From: Bilabrum cf. latius
Taxonomy: Eukaryota
Length of the DNA stretch: 64,000 nt
Assembly: GCA_965178125.1 (NCBI GenBank)
Contig: OZ237749.1
Location: forward strand, 930,001 to 994,000
Reading direction: 5' to 3'
How positions within the stretch are numbered: position 1 is the stretch's first letter; the number at the start of each line of letters is the position of its first letter. Positions 1-12,156 of this stretch are shown here, piece by piece. The position numbers and the translations under genes are program-made. The notes under the pieces were generated by a model. The model saw only the letters and a list, made by a program, of their open reading frames with translations, was not told the origin of the DNA and did not search any database.

Positions 1-188
1 ACTGGAATTGACGTGAATCCATTAAATCCAGAGACTTGTCGCCAAAGTCCTTATATTTAAAGGGCAACGCGGATCCTGGTTGCGATAGTAACGTGATGTT
101 ATTGTTCAGGAGCTAGCCGACGCTTGGAGGCCCTCAAGGGAACGCGAACAACTTGTAGCAGCTATCCAACAAATTGACGGCCGTATAA

Positions 189-3056
189 ATGCCTCGGACT
201 CGATCTGGGACGCGGTCATCGAAGGCAGATAGCCCGCATGCCGGCGCCAAGAAGCAGGCTCGTGGAGCACCGATAGATTTGCACAAGCAGCGCCGATTGG
301 TGGACTATGGCAAGTGTTTCAGAGCATTGAGGCATCCTGAGTCATGGTCATGCACCTAGTCCGGGACTACAGAGGATGTGGTGCTGCTGCTAGGTACTGG
401 ACAAGTGTCTAGCTACTCAGATGCGAGTGTGCCATCAAACGGTTGCCGCTTGGCACTGCGGCTGGGTGAACGCCCTTTCAATATCATTGACTTGACAGAT
501 GGACAGCCCATCGATGTCTCCGTCGAACGCACCGGTCTTCTCCAGAAAATGCGAATTCGCTGCGCTGCCCTCCAACGAACGGTGCTCGGGTCCGCGGCAG
601 GCACCGGGTTGGGCGGCAAAGAGAGCCCTTGGGAGCACCTTAGAAGGTACGTTAGGCTATTTAGCCTGCCATTCTTCAAGGCGGAGAGCCTTCGGAGGCG
701 CCGGCTCGACGACCTGCGTGCAGCTGCCGAGCTGGAAGAGGGCGAGCAATCCGAGGGATCAACCGCCAGTGGCAGTGGCGGCGAGTCTGAAACTGGGTCC
801 GCAGCTGCAGGAATGTCACAGGAAGACGAGCAGCTGCAGTCTGTTCTTGAGCAGGAGCAGGCCACGCTGAAGCGCATCCTCAAGAAGTCGACCGAATACC
901 GCCACGAGGCAGGCAGCAAGCGAGCCTCCTCCTCCTCCTCCTCCACCTCCTCTTCCTCCTCATCCTCGTCGTCGTCATCGGGGAAAGCGCCCAAGCAGGC
1001 AAGAGGCCCCACCCCGCCAGGATTCACGGGCCTCCGTAACCTCGGCAACACGTGCTACATGAACAGCACCCTGCAGTGCCTCTCGTCCTGCGTTCCTCTG
1101 AGGCGGCTGCTCTTCGCCTGGAGGCCGCCAATCGTCACGTCGTACGAGGAATACCTGGGCGGCATGGCGGCCACGGGGCAGCCGTACGGAATGTTTAGAG
1201 CTGCCTCCATCGGAATGCAAGATGGTGTCTCCGAGCCACTCGGCGGCGATGCGGGGCGGGGCTAGAGTGCAGGTGAGGCAGGTGAGGCAGCCGAGAGCCC
1301 CGCGCTGCAGGCGGTAGGGAACGAGGAGTCGGCGTCTCTGCTGACAGCGCCCAAGATGCTGCGGCTACCAAGTGAAGTGGTCAGGGCCTTTGAATTCGGC
1401 GGGGGACTCAGGGGCGGCTCCACGCCGGCTGCTTCTCTTGACGGCGCGGACAGGCCTGCATCATCTGCCCCTGCCCCTGCTTCCTCTTCATCCTCGTCCA
1501 AGGGGGACAGCAAGACCAGACAGGCCTCTACTGGCACCAAGTCGAGCATCGGCACAGACAGGGACTCGCAGAGAGACGTGCAGGGGTCAGACCTCGCGTC
1601 TGTACCCCTGGGCTCTGCAGTGCACGGGTCGCTCAGTCGCCTGTGGATGCCTGCCAGGCTACCCATCTACACGCCGCAGGCCCTCTTGTCGACGGTGTGG
1701 AGGAGCCTTCCGCGATTTGCGGGTTTCAGGCAGCACGACGTGGACGAGTTCCTGCGGGGCGTGCTCGAGCGGCTGGACGAGGAGCTGAGGGCAGCAGCGG
1801 GATTCGGTCAGGCAGGCAAGGGTGGGGCCAAATCTGGCTCATCCTCATCCTCGTCGTCGGCTGCGGCGGCTGCGGGCGGCCAAGGCGAGAGCGAGGCGCC
1901 ATCGACTCCCGTTGCGTCAATGTTTACACACGAGACGGTACGGAGGGTACGGTGTCGAGCGTGCGGGCACGTGTCGGCAACGAGGAGCTCTGCAATCGGG
2001 CCACTGCTCGTCGACATACCTGCCCGATTCTCGGGGCAGCCCAGGAGCAGGAGCCGGTCCAGGGCAGGGGAGGCGTGTACCCTGCGCAAGTGCCTCGAGA
2101 GCATGTGCGAGCCATCCGCGCTCGAGGGTGATTGCAAGTACTAGTGTGATTCGAAAGAGTGCAAGGGCACCAAGCAGGAGGCAGACATCTGGGTTTCGCT
2201 TGGCAAGCTGCCCCCAGCCCTGCCAGTCACGATAGTTAGGACAGAGTGGACCATGCAGGGGCGCGTCAAGAAGCAGACGCACGTTGAATTTCCGCTGGAT
2301 GGTCTGCAGCTCGCTGATTTCGACGAGAACGGTGCTGTTGGTCGAGGCCCCATGGCCCAGACGGCTGCTGGCAGCGCTGCCTCCAACGCAAAGGCAGGAG
2401 CGCACTGCAATAGCAAGGCGTCGAACAGCAACACCGTTCCGCCGGCTAGCGGCGGTGTCGAGACGAATCCCGAGTACTCGCTCGTTGCCTTGATCGAGCA
2501 CCACGGGAAGAAGCCGACATCCGGCCACTACACGAGTATCGGACGGCGGGACGCGTTGTCTGCCAGGCGACTGGCGAGCGGGAAGCGTGTCCTGAAAGGC
2601 GGCGAACAGTCGGACGCATGGGTCAATTTCAACGACGCCCGCGTGAAGGTAATCTCCCCCGACGTGGTGCGCAGCACTGAGGCCAGCATGCTCATGTACG
2701 TGCGCTCCGACCTCTTGTCTAGACCGAGGGCCTCGGGGTTGGCCGGGGAGCTGTTGCACAGAGCAGGCTTTGTGCTGCCACCGACTGCAACGGTGCTGCT
2801 GGATAAGACGGGGGACGGCCATGCAGACGTGGCCCTCACTGTGGCCCCGGGTGACGTGGACCAGCTCTCGGCCGAAGGAGCGTGGGGCGCACCGGTGTCT
2901 GACGATGACTCTGCTGCGGCAGACGACCAGCCACTTGGGGCAAAAAGAAAGAGGCAGGGTGTTGACGAGTCTGAGAGTGCGTCAGACGAGGCAGCTGGAA
3001 GCAAGCGATCATCAGGATCGGAGGGACGTGGACGGAAGGCTCACAGGGTGTCGTAA
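189..3056 (+). CDS. Ubiquitin-specific protease (USP/C19 family), ~955 aa, read through 3 TAG codons
   Basis: ATG 189. ORFs 378-1265, 1356-2144 and 2253-3056 share one frame, with TAG at 357, 1263 and 2142. Cys box GLRNLGNTCYMNSTLQCL, QHDVDEFL, His box HHG..SGHYT and WVNFND are spread over the three pieces. Ends TAA. Confidence 0.9.
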
Positions 3057-3215
3057 TTCGACCTAGGATCTCCCTGCCTACTGAGCGGGAATTCGGGGGG
3101 TTCTGGAGTCCGGTGGGGCTTGGGTGCACCAGCAAACATGTGGCTCGAAGCCAAGTACAAATTTGGTTTTTCACTGAGCGAATCCGTAGGATGTGTGCGC
3201 CTGGCACTTAACAAG

Positions 3216-6200
3216 TCACATTCGAGACCCACTTCGCTAGGAACGCATCGCCAATGCCTGCATGCGCAAAGAACCCATCGCGCCACCAGGTTGCGGTCTC
3301 GTAGAGGACCGCCGTATCGCATCCGATCGGACGGCAGAGGGGCGGAGAGCGCGGTCTGCCGGCGCAGTGGCCGTTCTTGAGCGTTCGCGTTGCTCATCGA
3401 AGCCAGCGCCGCCAAGCAGGCTGGCGCTGGAGTTCCCGCCCTGTGCTGCAATTCCGGCACGACCTCGGCTGGAGCTGGTCTGTTGCTGTGCACCTCCTGA
3501 GACAGCCCTGTTAGAGGCCTACCGGCGAGCAGCCTGCACTGTCCTGTCCCATGCATCTCTGCGTGAGCTGCCCGTAACCGCCCTAGCCAGCCCTGCCTGG
3601 ATCTCGTGATTCATTGCAGACTGCTTCCGAGCTCCCACCGTTCGCGCCGCCACCCTTAGCTTGTCCAACGGTGACACCTTGGCCGCTCCCGGCGACGACA
3701 GGCCGATTCCACTTGGAGGAGCGACTGCAGCGGCAGCATCTGCGTTCGCTGCACCGCCCCCATCTAGATGCAGCCTGGACGATCTTTGCCGCTGGTTGAC
3801 ACCCACACTGGCCACTGGTGCCCTTGGCCCGGACTGATCAGATTCGCCCGGCCCGCGCGCCGAGTAAAAGCTCACCCTGCCGGTGCGCGCGCGATCTACG
3901 CTCGCAATGTGTCCCCGTGGTCGCATAGACTGCCTCCGCGCCGCCTGCGCACCGAACACCTGCGTTCGTTGTTGCCCGGATCCAGCGGCCGCACTCTACC
4001 CTCCGAGCTGCGAACCTCCCCCTCCCAGTGCAGACTGTGGGGTGAGCCCAAGGAAAGCCAGCGCACGCTGCACTTGATCTGGAAGCAGCTTATATGGCGT
4101 GGGAATGTACCCTTCGGGCACTTCCCACTGCCTGGCTCGAGTCAGCACGTTGATGTAGTACGGCAGGCCAGTATCCGTGGTCAGCTGCCACCAGCACTCG
4201 GCTGGAAGCGTGCGCACGTCCGGCGGCCTGTTCCATTGCGTGATACCAAGCTATCGATTCACCCAGTACGGCACCTTGCGCAGGGGGTGCGACTTGCGCT
4301 TCCAGCTCCGCAGCACAGAGGACTGGAACTCGGCCAATTTCTCCACATCGCGTGGCTTCTCCCACTTGTTCTTCTTGCTCTGCGCGTTGTACCAGAAGCT
4401 CTCGTTCGTGGTCGGGTGTTCCCGTTGGATCCACAGGGCTGCATTTTGATGCAGGTCGGCGAGCTCGTTGAGCGTCTGCCGTGCAGTGGCCGTTGGTGCC
4501 ACGCTGACAAGCTCGCGGGCAGTTGCAGCTGCTTGCTGGGAGGCTGGCCCGGTCAGCAGTGGAGTCACGACTGCCATGGACAATCCCGCCGCAGTCCCGC
4601 TCGTGTATATGGAGGACCGTTCTCTATCTCTCCGAACGCTGGCAGTCACATCCGTCCTCGGACTCGCCGCGCTGCCTAGCTGCCGAGACTGCTCCGACAA
4701 GGATGGCCCCCTGCTGTGGCTATCCCCGGACTCCGCATCCATCTCGCGAACAGCACCCAGACGTCCCATATCTAGCCCAAAACTCGATGGCCGTGACTGG
4801 CGCTGGCCCAGCCCTGGGAAGTGCAGCCCGCGCCGCCCCGGAATCTCACCCCTGCCACTGACGCTGCGTCGGCGAGCTCCGACTCCCTCCGTACCTGATC
4901 CTGACTCGTCCCCTGTCTCGGCGCTGCCGCCTTCAGGTCCCACGTCAACCATGCCGGATATCATCGACCTCCGCGAGGACTGAGATCGCGTGCGGTATCC
5001 CGCGCGACGGTCCTGAATGCTGCCCGACCGCTGCCTCTGAATCCCGTCCACACCTGCACCTGCACCTGCGCCTGCACTGTCTCGACTCAGCATGGGGTTG
5101 TCCCTCATCCAAGCACCCAGGTCGCCCTCGTTCTCGCCAGTCCCACTTGCGCGACTCCCTGACGCCACCTCGCTTGACGCACTGGATCCAGCGGGCCGCG
5201 ACATGACACCCGGGTGCTCACTACCACTGCCAGCCCCGTCCTACTCGCGCATCTTTTGCTCCTGCTCCTCCTTGTCAACGATCCCTCGGCTGCGAAGGAG
5301 GTACCCTCTAGGTCCAAATCGAAACTTGCCACGAGCGTGCCCGACAGAGGCATCCCCACCGCGCACAGGCACCATTACCTGGCCCTGTGAGGAGCCTCCC
5401 TTCGGTGATACCCCTCCCGGCGCTTCTTTATATTCCTGCACGGCGGGAAGCGGGTCAACACCGGCCTGCCGCCCCCTGCGACCTCTCGATCGATTGAGCA
5501 TTGCGGCCAGCCGCTTCCCTTTCTTGAACTGAACCATTGCCTTGCGCTGGGCGATCGATCGTGCCGTTGCAGTGGCAGCGGCCTAAGCCGCCTGGGGCGG
5601 CCTGGCTGGCAGCGAGGCACTCCTGAACTCTGTGGCCGTCGAGGTGCTGGAAGCCGTGGTGCTGGCTCGGTGCCTGCCCAGCAACGGAGCGAGCTCTACC
5701 TCGCCCTCCGCGACCGCGGGAGCCGTGGTCATCTGCGGCGTGATGGCATCGGCCACGGTGCGGGCCCGTCCCCTCCTCCGCCTCGCCACTCGTGGCCCTG
5801 TGACTGGACCGGCTCCTCCGTCCACCGGTGTGGATCGGCCGTCTGCCTCTGCAGCTAGTTGCAGCGCGCCCGCATGCATCTCGTCGGAATCGCTCGTGCC
5901 GTCCTCTGAGTTGGCTGCGTCTTGCCCGGCGTGCTCTTTGGCCTCCTTTGCGGCGCCGAGGGCCAGCAGAAGCTGGTTCGGCTTCCACTTCTCTTCGTCC
6001 AGCTTGTGCCCCGTGAACACATTGTGCACCCCTAGCTCCTCGCCGTACCACATGCGGTTGAAGTCCAGCACGGGCAACACCCTGAATCCGTCCGAGCCCA
6101 CAACGCCCTCCACTCCGGCAGGCATCTCGAGTCCGTAGCTGCTCCTGCGCCTACCCCTGGTGCGAGCCGCCGTCATCTTGCGGGCCGGAAGCCGCGCCTG

Positions 6201-7952
6201 CGCCCGCTGGTCCTCGAGCAGCTGCAGCGCCTTGCGCACCCGCTCGGCCAGTTCTGCACTCCTGGCCGCAGCCACAAAGTCGTAGACTAAGATGGACAGG
6301 CACACGAGCACCACGGCAGCCACGAGCACCGCGATGGACACGGCGATGAGCTGCCGTACCACATCGGTGATCCCGCCCAGAGCGAGCAGCTGGCCCAGCA
6401 GCAGCACGAGGAGCGAGGTGATGATCGAGTACTGCTCAACCTGCCCCTACGTGTAGTCGCGGAACGGCTGCAGCTGCAGGTGCAGGATGAGCGCCGCGAG
6501 CTGAACCAGGATGCCGCAAAATATCTGGTGCCCGAACTCGTTGCCGCCAAGCATCACAGAGACTGCCACTAGCAGAGACTTTCTGGCCATAATCACGGAC
6601 TCGTAGTAGTACGTGTCGTTGCGATACCCCTGCGATAGTAGGAGAGCAGCGGATGGGATGACTCAGCAGTGCAATGCGGTGCACTTGGCGGGTCACGATG
6701 TGGTTCAATGAGATGGGAATGCGAGGGCCTGTGCGTGCCCGTGGTGCAAGTGCTTCTAGGCGAAGTCGCAATCGATAAACAAACTCACGCTGAACAGGAA
6801 CCAGACCCTCCTCCTGGCCTTTTCAGTGTCCAATCTGTCTCTGAACCTGTACATGATCAGGGCGCACACCACTGGGAAACCAACAGTAAACAGCACCAGC
6901 ACGCCCCAAGCGCCGTACGAGAAGCCCCTATGCAGGCTGGTATCGCACCGAAAGCTAACATCGGCTGCCAGATAGCTGATTCCGTCCACTTCCTCTGTGC
7001 ATCGAAGGATCTGCATTGCCGACGTGGTCACGGTGGGATAGAGCAGGAACAGCAGGAGGAGGGAAACGGTCGTGTACAGGGACAGTGGAGACACGGAGCA
7101 CAAAGTAAGGGGGATAGGTACGTAGTCTGGGTCCTTGGCAGCCATGTCTGCCTGCCCCCAGCGGTGGCAATCCACGATGGTGCGGATGGCAATCCCGGGC
7201 AGGATGGTGATCACGGGCACCGCACAGGAGAGCGCCATGAACCGCAGGTAGGGAGACCACTGCAGCGCGCAGTCCGCAAACGAGGCATCCAGGCTGAAGG
7301 TGCTCGTGGTGGATACTCCTTGGAAGAATCCAGAGATGGCGTTGGGCCACTCGAGCTCGAAATCGTTTAGCAGCGCCACTGTCGAAGCAAACGTCAGCAG
7401 GATTTTGAGCGTCATTAAGCTCTCGCGTCCGGACGTTCCAGGCCTTCCGCCCGCACTGGGATCTCCAAGAGGGTTTTCCAGCCCCCCATCAGCGGGAGGC
7501 TGCACCGTTTCGGCCCTGGACCCCAGCGTCGTGATGCTGCCTCGGCGGACGGAGGCCCCTTCCAAATCCGATGCCGGCGGTATAGACAGTCTGGACGACT
7601 TGCGATTCCTACCTTGTCTAGACGATGCCAGTCCCCGCAGTATCGTGAAAGTAATGCCGCACAAGACGCTACCGCTGATAAGCGCTACGAGTGCGATCGA
7701 TAGCGCGCTTGACGGGCACCTTGAACAAGTTGGCCTTGACCCGACATTTCTGCCATACCCGTCAAGGCATCCAGCGCACAAAACATCATCGTATCCGTCC
7801 GCGCAGTCTGTCTCCAAAGTGGTTTCGTTGAACAGGCACGCAGCTGGATTCAAGCATCGCACCGGCGACCATCCAGGCGGTCTACCCTCCAACGCAAGGC
7901 GAGCGGCCGTAGCGTTTGTCCAGAAGTAACCATCAAATAAAACATCGCTCAT
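3216..7952 (-). CDS. Multi-pass membrane protein with Cys-rich N-terminal segment, long disordered cytoplasmic tail and three WW-like domains (~1500 aa; start uncertain)
   Basis: ORF 6756-7952 is spliced (intron 6630-6788, FLFS|GYRND) to one frame that continues through TAG at 6447, 5583, 5241, 4251, 3996, 3519 and 3237 to TGA at 3216. WW-like repeats W..(F/Y)(W/Y)xN...W..P at ~4100-4445. Confidence 0.75.
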
Positions 7953-8145
7953 CGTTGGTGCATCGCTGATGGCATGAAACGGAAGCTGTCGTCCTTTCGG
8001 GCGCGATCAGCCGGTCACCAGCTGGCAGTGCGGTGCAGCCGGACATGCGGTCGCAACTGTTCGACGGAAATAGGCTTGGTCGCGCTCTGGTTCGAAGTTC
8101 GCACTAATTAGAACACTCGCAGTACTTGACGAAGTAAGGTACTCA

Positions 8146-11100
8146 TCAGCTTCTTCGGCATGCCACTGCTTCGTCATCCGAGTCGGCATCTGCTGCACGT
8201 GCAGGCGCCGGCGCTGGGCTGGCAGCACCAACAGCCGATGCAGGCTGAGGCTCCTCCTTGCTCCCGCTTCGAGCCCTGTTCCGCGATCGGTGCCTGCGGC
8301 TGCTCGTGCGTCGCCCCGCAATGGCACCCCCATCATCATCATCGTCCTCCTCATCGGAACCGCCGGGCCCCACCCCCATCCCAGGCGCACCCCCCCCTAG
8401 CGAGCTGCTGCCAAGTGAAGCCACAGAGGCCGCCCCAAGCCCGTGCAGCCCGTCCGTGCTACCCTCGCCCTGGCCGGCACCAAACAAAAGGTCGGGGCTG
8501 CGGCGAGCAGGGCCCCGGGGAACACGCTCACCGGCGTGGTCGTCGAGAGACACCGACACCGAGCCGGACACGGACACGGCCGCGCCGCTGCCCTGCCTAC
8601 CGCTCGAGTCCCCAGCGGCTGGGGCAGCAGCATCTCCGGCCGCAGCCCCTGTCCCTATCCCTTGTCCCTGCCCTGTTTGCAGCCCCGCCCCCGCCCCCAG
8701 CCCGCCAGCGCTCCCTCCAGCACCCCCACGCCCACCCTCCCCGTCCCCGTCCCCCTCGAATTCGAGCCGACCGCGCCCGCTCGCCGCCCTTGCCACACTG
8801 GCCGCCAGCTCGTCCGGGTCCTCCTCCACCTCCTCCTCCACGGGAGGCCTCTCTGCCACGCGCCGGGCGGGCGCCTCGTCCTCGTCGGTGCCGAGATCCG
8901 TCGAATCGTCCGTTCCCACCCTGGACACTAGCTGGTCGATGTCTCGAGGGCGGGCAGGCGTCCTGCCAGCCCTGCCCGACTCTGGTGTCTGCGCCCGTGG
9001 CTCCAACTCTCCCTGCGCATGCGCCTGTGCCCCGGTCTAAGCGTGCTCGGCGACCGCTGCCAGGTCGAGGTCGAAGCTGGCCACCGCTGGTGCGCCGCTC
9101 TCCGTGCGTGCCTTCCGTCGGGCGGCAGGCAGGTCCGAGTCGGTGCGACGGTGCATGGAGCGCTTCGGGGGCGGTGTGGAGCTGCTGGAATCGGGGTGGT
9201 TGGCTTCTCCTGGGGCGCGAGAGCCGGGCCTTGCCCTCGGTTTGGCCACTGCGTCATTGTCATCATCATCATCCGAGTCCTGCTCCACGATGGGCCCCTG
9301 TTCCTGTGCCTTGGCCATCGGGGGGTTGGCTGCTGCCATGGGCTCCACCCTCGTCGTCTCTGCAGCGCTGGACGTTGTTGATGGCACTGGTGCTGTGCCA
9401 CGCGCGCTTGAACTCGCTGCATTCGAGTCGTGAGGGTCCGGAGAGGCCGCGGATCTGGACACCACGCGGCGAGCAGCAACCATGGGGGAGACGGGTGGGG
9501 ACTCCTAGCTCTCGGTGGACAACAGCGCCCCGGCACCTCCGTGTGAACGCGCCCCTCCTGTCTGGCCCGCGGCTGCGGCACCACTTCCGCTTCCACTAGG
9601 ATCGCCAGCAGCCTCCCCATCGCTCGTCCGCTCCCCGTCCAGCTGCGATAGATCCACGCTAGTATCAAGCTCGTCCGCAGCACGACCAGAACCGTTACGG
9701 TCCTGATCCGCCCCACGGCTGTCGCGTGCCCCTACGGCGGCACCGCCGGGTGCAGCAGCAGCAGCCGGATCCCCCGCCCGGCCAGGCCCCTGATCGCCCG
9801 CCCTCTCGCCTCCGCCCATCATTTCAAGCGCATGTGTCAGCGTGGCGCCACCTGAGCTGCCCTCGGCCTGCCCCTGGGCCCCGCTCCTCTCCCCTCCATC
9901 CCCACCTGTGCCTCCTTTCCTCTTCCCGCTGAAGGTTCTCCGCATGGCCCTCGTCCACTCGCCGCTGCCGAAAGACGCACCGACACCCCTGCTGGAGGAC
10001 CCGCCCCGGTGCTTCGGCTCAGCCACGTCCTCCGCCGCCTTGTTCAGCTGCTCTTCCACATCCTCAGGGAACACCCACGTGGCACCGGGCAGCAGGCTCT
10101 CGCCCTGCCCCCTCCGCTCCTAGTCTGCCACCTGCGCCAGCGCGGCTGCCACGGTCGGCGGCACGTGCGGCTGTGCATGCGCATGTGTGCCCGCCCCTAC
10201 CGACGGATCAGTGGCCCGTGCATCGGCCCTGCCAGGTGCCACCGCGCCTCCCGTTGTTGCAGCAGATGTAGCGGAGGGCAGCGAGGGCCCCTGCTAACCA
10301 CCAACAACAACCCCGCTGCCGCCGTTGCCGCTACTGCTACTGCTTGCCGACCTCACGACCTGGGCAGTGGTGGCGGAGAGCGCCATGGCCTTGTCGATGG
10401 CGAGGCTGGCAGCATCCCGGATGGGCCCTCTGCGGCTGCCCGTCTCCCTGCCCCGCCCCACCCCGCTGCCAGATCCCTTGGAGCTCCCCCCAGCTGCACC
10501 AGTGCTCCCTCCTGCTCGTGCACGGAAGGAGACCCCTCTAGTGGGCCCCGACCTGCGGGGACTGCCACCTGTCGACTCGGGTGCCGCTGCTGCAGCCACA
10601 CCGGCGTACAGGTGCTTGTACAACGGCACGTCAAGCTCTGCGCTCACGCTGTCTGCCCTACCCCTGGTGCTGCCCGCACGCCCACTTCCAGCCCCAGCCA
10701 CTGCTCCTGCTCCTGCACCTGGGGCCTGCACCACGCCCTCTGCCCCGCTCCCCGCACCGATCGCCTGCGCCTCGGCGCCCTCCACGGCGTCTTTAGCCAG
10801 CCTGAGCGCCTTGCCAACCACGTCCTCCGTAGGAATATCGGGCACGTGTTCCCTGAGCTCTGCCAGGAAGGCGCCCTCCTCCGGGGCGCTCGCGATGAAG
10901 GCGTGCCGCAGGAGGGCAGCCGCGGAGGGACGGTCCTCCGGGCTGTAGAGGAGGGCCTGGTGGACAAAGTCGCGGAATTTCCTCGAGAACTTGGAGGGGT
11001 CCGCCACGCCCTTGACTCCTTGGTACGAGTCGAAGGAAGGCGGCTTCTTGGTGAGCAGTCGCACGAGCACGTCCTCGCTGTCCAGGTCAGAATAGGGTGC

Positions 11101-11983
11101 TCTCCCCATGGCCAGCTCCAGGGCGGTGATGCCCAGGCTCCAGATGTCCACCTTGCAGTCGTATCCCTCCGCCGTGTCCAGGACCTCCGGTGCGATGAAG
11201 CACGTGGTGCCGACCAGCGTCCTCGTCTTGCGCTTGAAGGCCTCGGCCACGGGCTCCCTCAGCCACTGGGACACGCCAAAATCGGCGATCATCGGCCCTT
11301 CCCTGCCGTCGAGGAGCACGTTCCCGCCCTTAATGTCTCGGTGGATCATCCCGGCGGCATGCAGGTACTGCAGGGCCTGCAGCGAGGCGCGCATGATGGC
11401 CGCCACCCAGCGCTCGGGAAGGCCGGGACCGCACAGATCGGCCTTCACCGCTTCCGGACTCTGCGCAGATCTTGTAGCAAGGCGTCGCATGACCCTTACT
11501 GCCGACCCTTTCCGCATCATGGGCACGACCACCCAAAGTGTGTCGCGCACAGCGAAGGCGCAGTTGCACGGCAGCAGGGCAGCGCACCGGCTGCTGCGCA
11601 TGATCGCTACCTCTGTCTGCAATTAGGTCAGCATGGAAGCACAGTGAACAACAGTTGCCAAGACGAGGCCTCGGCCACCAGAATAGTGCGGTTCGCAGCT
11701 TTCTCTCACACCGACAGACTCCACTGGAACCTAGATGTGCTCGAGTGCCATGATTTTGATCGCGCATTCTCGCTTTAAGCTCAAGCAGTATGCCTAATAC
11801 ACCTATCCATACGAGCCCTGCGAGGTAAGGCGTGCTGTCGAAGCTTAGGGCGTGTATTCCCCTGCACATCGTGCGCTTGGCAACTTGTCCAATCATCGTG
11901 CAGCTCACCCTCCCTATCCTTCGTCCAAACGCATACTCTCCCGGTGTCACGGGCCACAACTCATCTCTATAGTCAACTGCCAT
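8146..11983 (-). CDS. STE20-family Ser/Thr kinase (OSR1/SPAK/fray-like) with long acidic disordered tail, ~1217 aa
   Basis: Introns 11818-11908 and 11617-11709 give IGR|GSYG*VY*A...CAIK. HRDIKGGN, DFG and APE are intact. TAG at 11803, 11794, 11731, 10294, 10120, 9505 and 9037. Ends TGA TGA. Confidence 0.88.
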
Positions 11984-12156
11984 TCTGAATCTACCAAAGA
12001 GGCGTTCTGTATGCCGTTCCAGACGCTGCTTTCGGAAACAGCTTTTTGATTCCGCTAGAATCGGCGCCGCGCTGATAATTCTGATTAAAAAGATAATTGT
12101 AACGAGTGCATCGAGCTGGACGGATCGAAATCCGTACAATTGGCACCTGTGCGAGT

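Noticed and set aside
1263-2144. Tiny introns hiding the TAGs
   Set aside because: The frame is preserved and homologous spacing is continuous across TAGs. No suitable donors were noticed, and the inferred introns are at least 89 nt with CAG acceptors.
8007-8009. Possible in-frame TGA readthrough upstream of the membrane protein
   Set aside because: Single case in a non-conserved region whose upstream frame overlaps the kinase gene end. More likely 5' UTR or an unresolved start.
8160-11778. Long antisense/alternate-frame ORFs (e.g. 8160-9599, 10009-11778, 43775-45040, 52591-53865)
   Set aside because: Shadow ORFs expected from high GC3 coding on the opposite strand; no recognisable domains.
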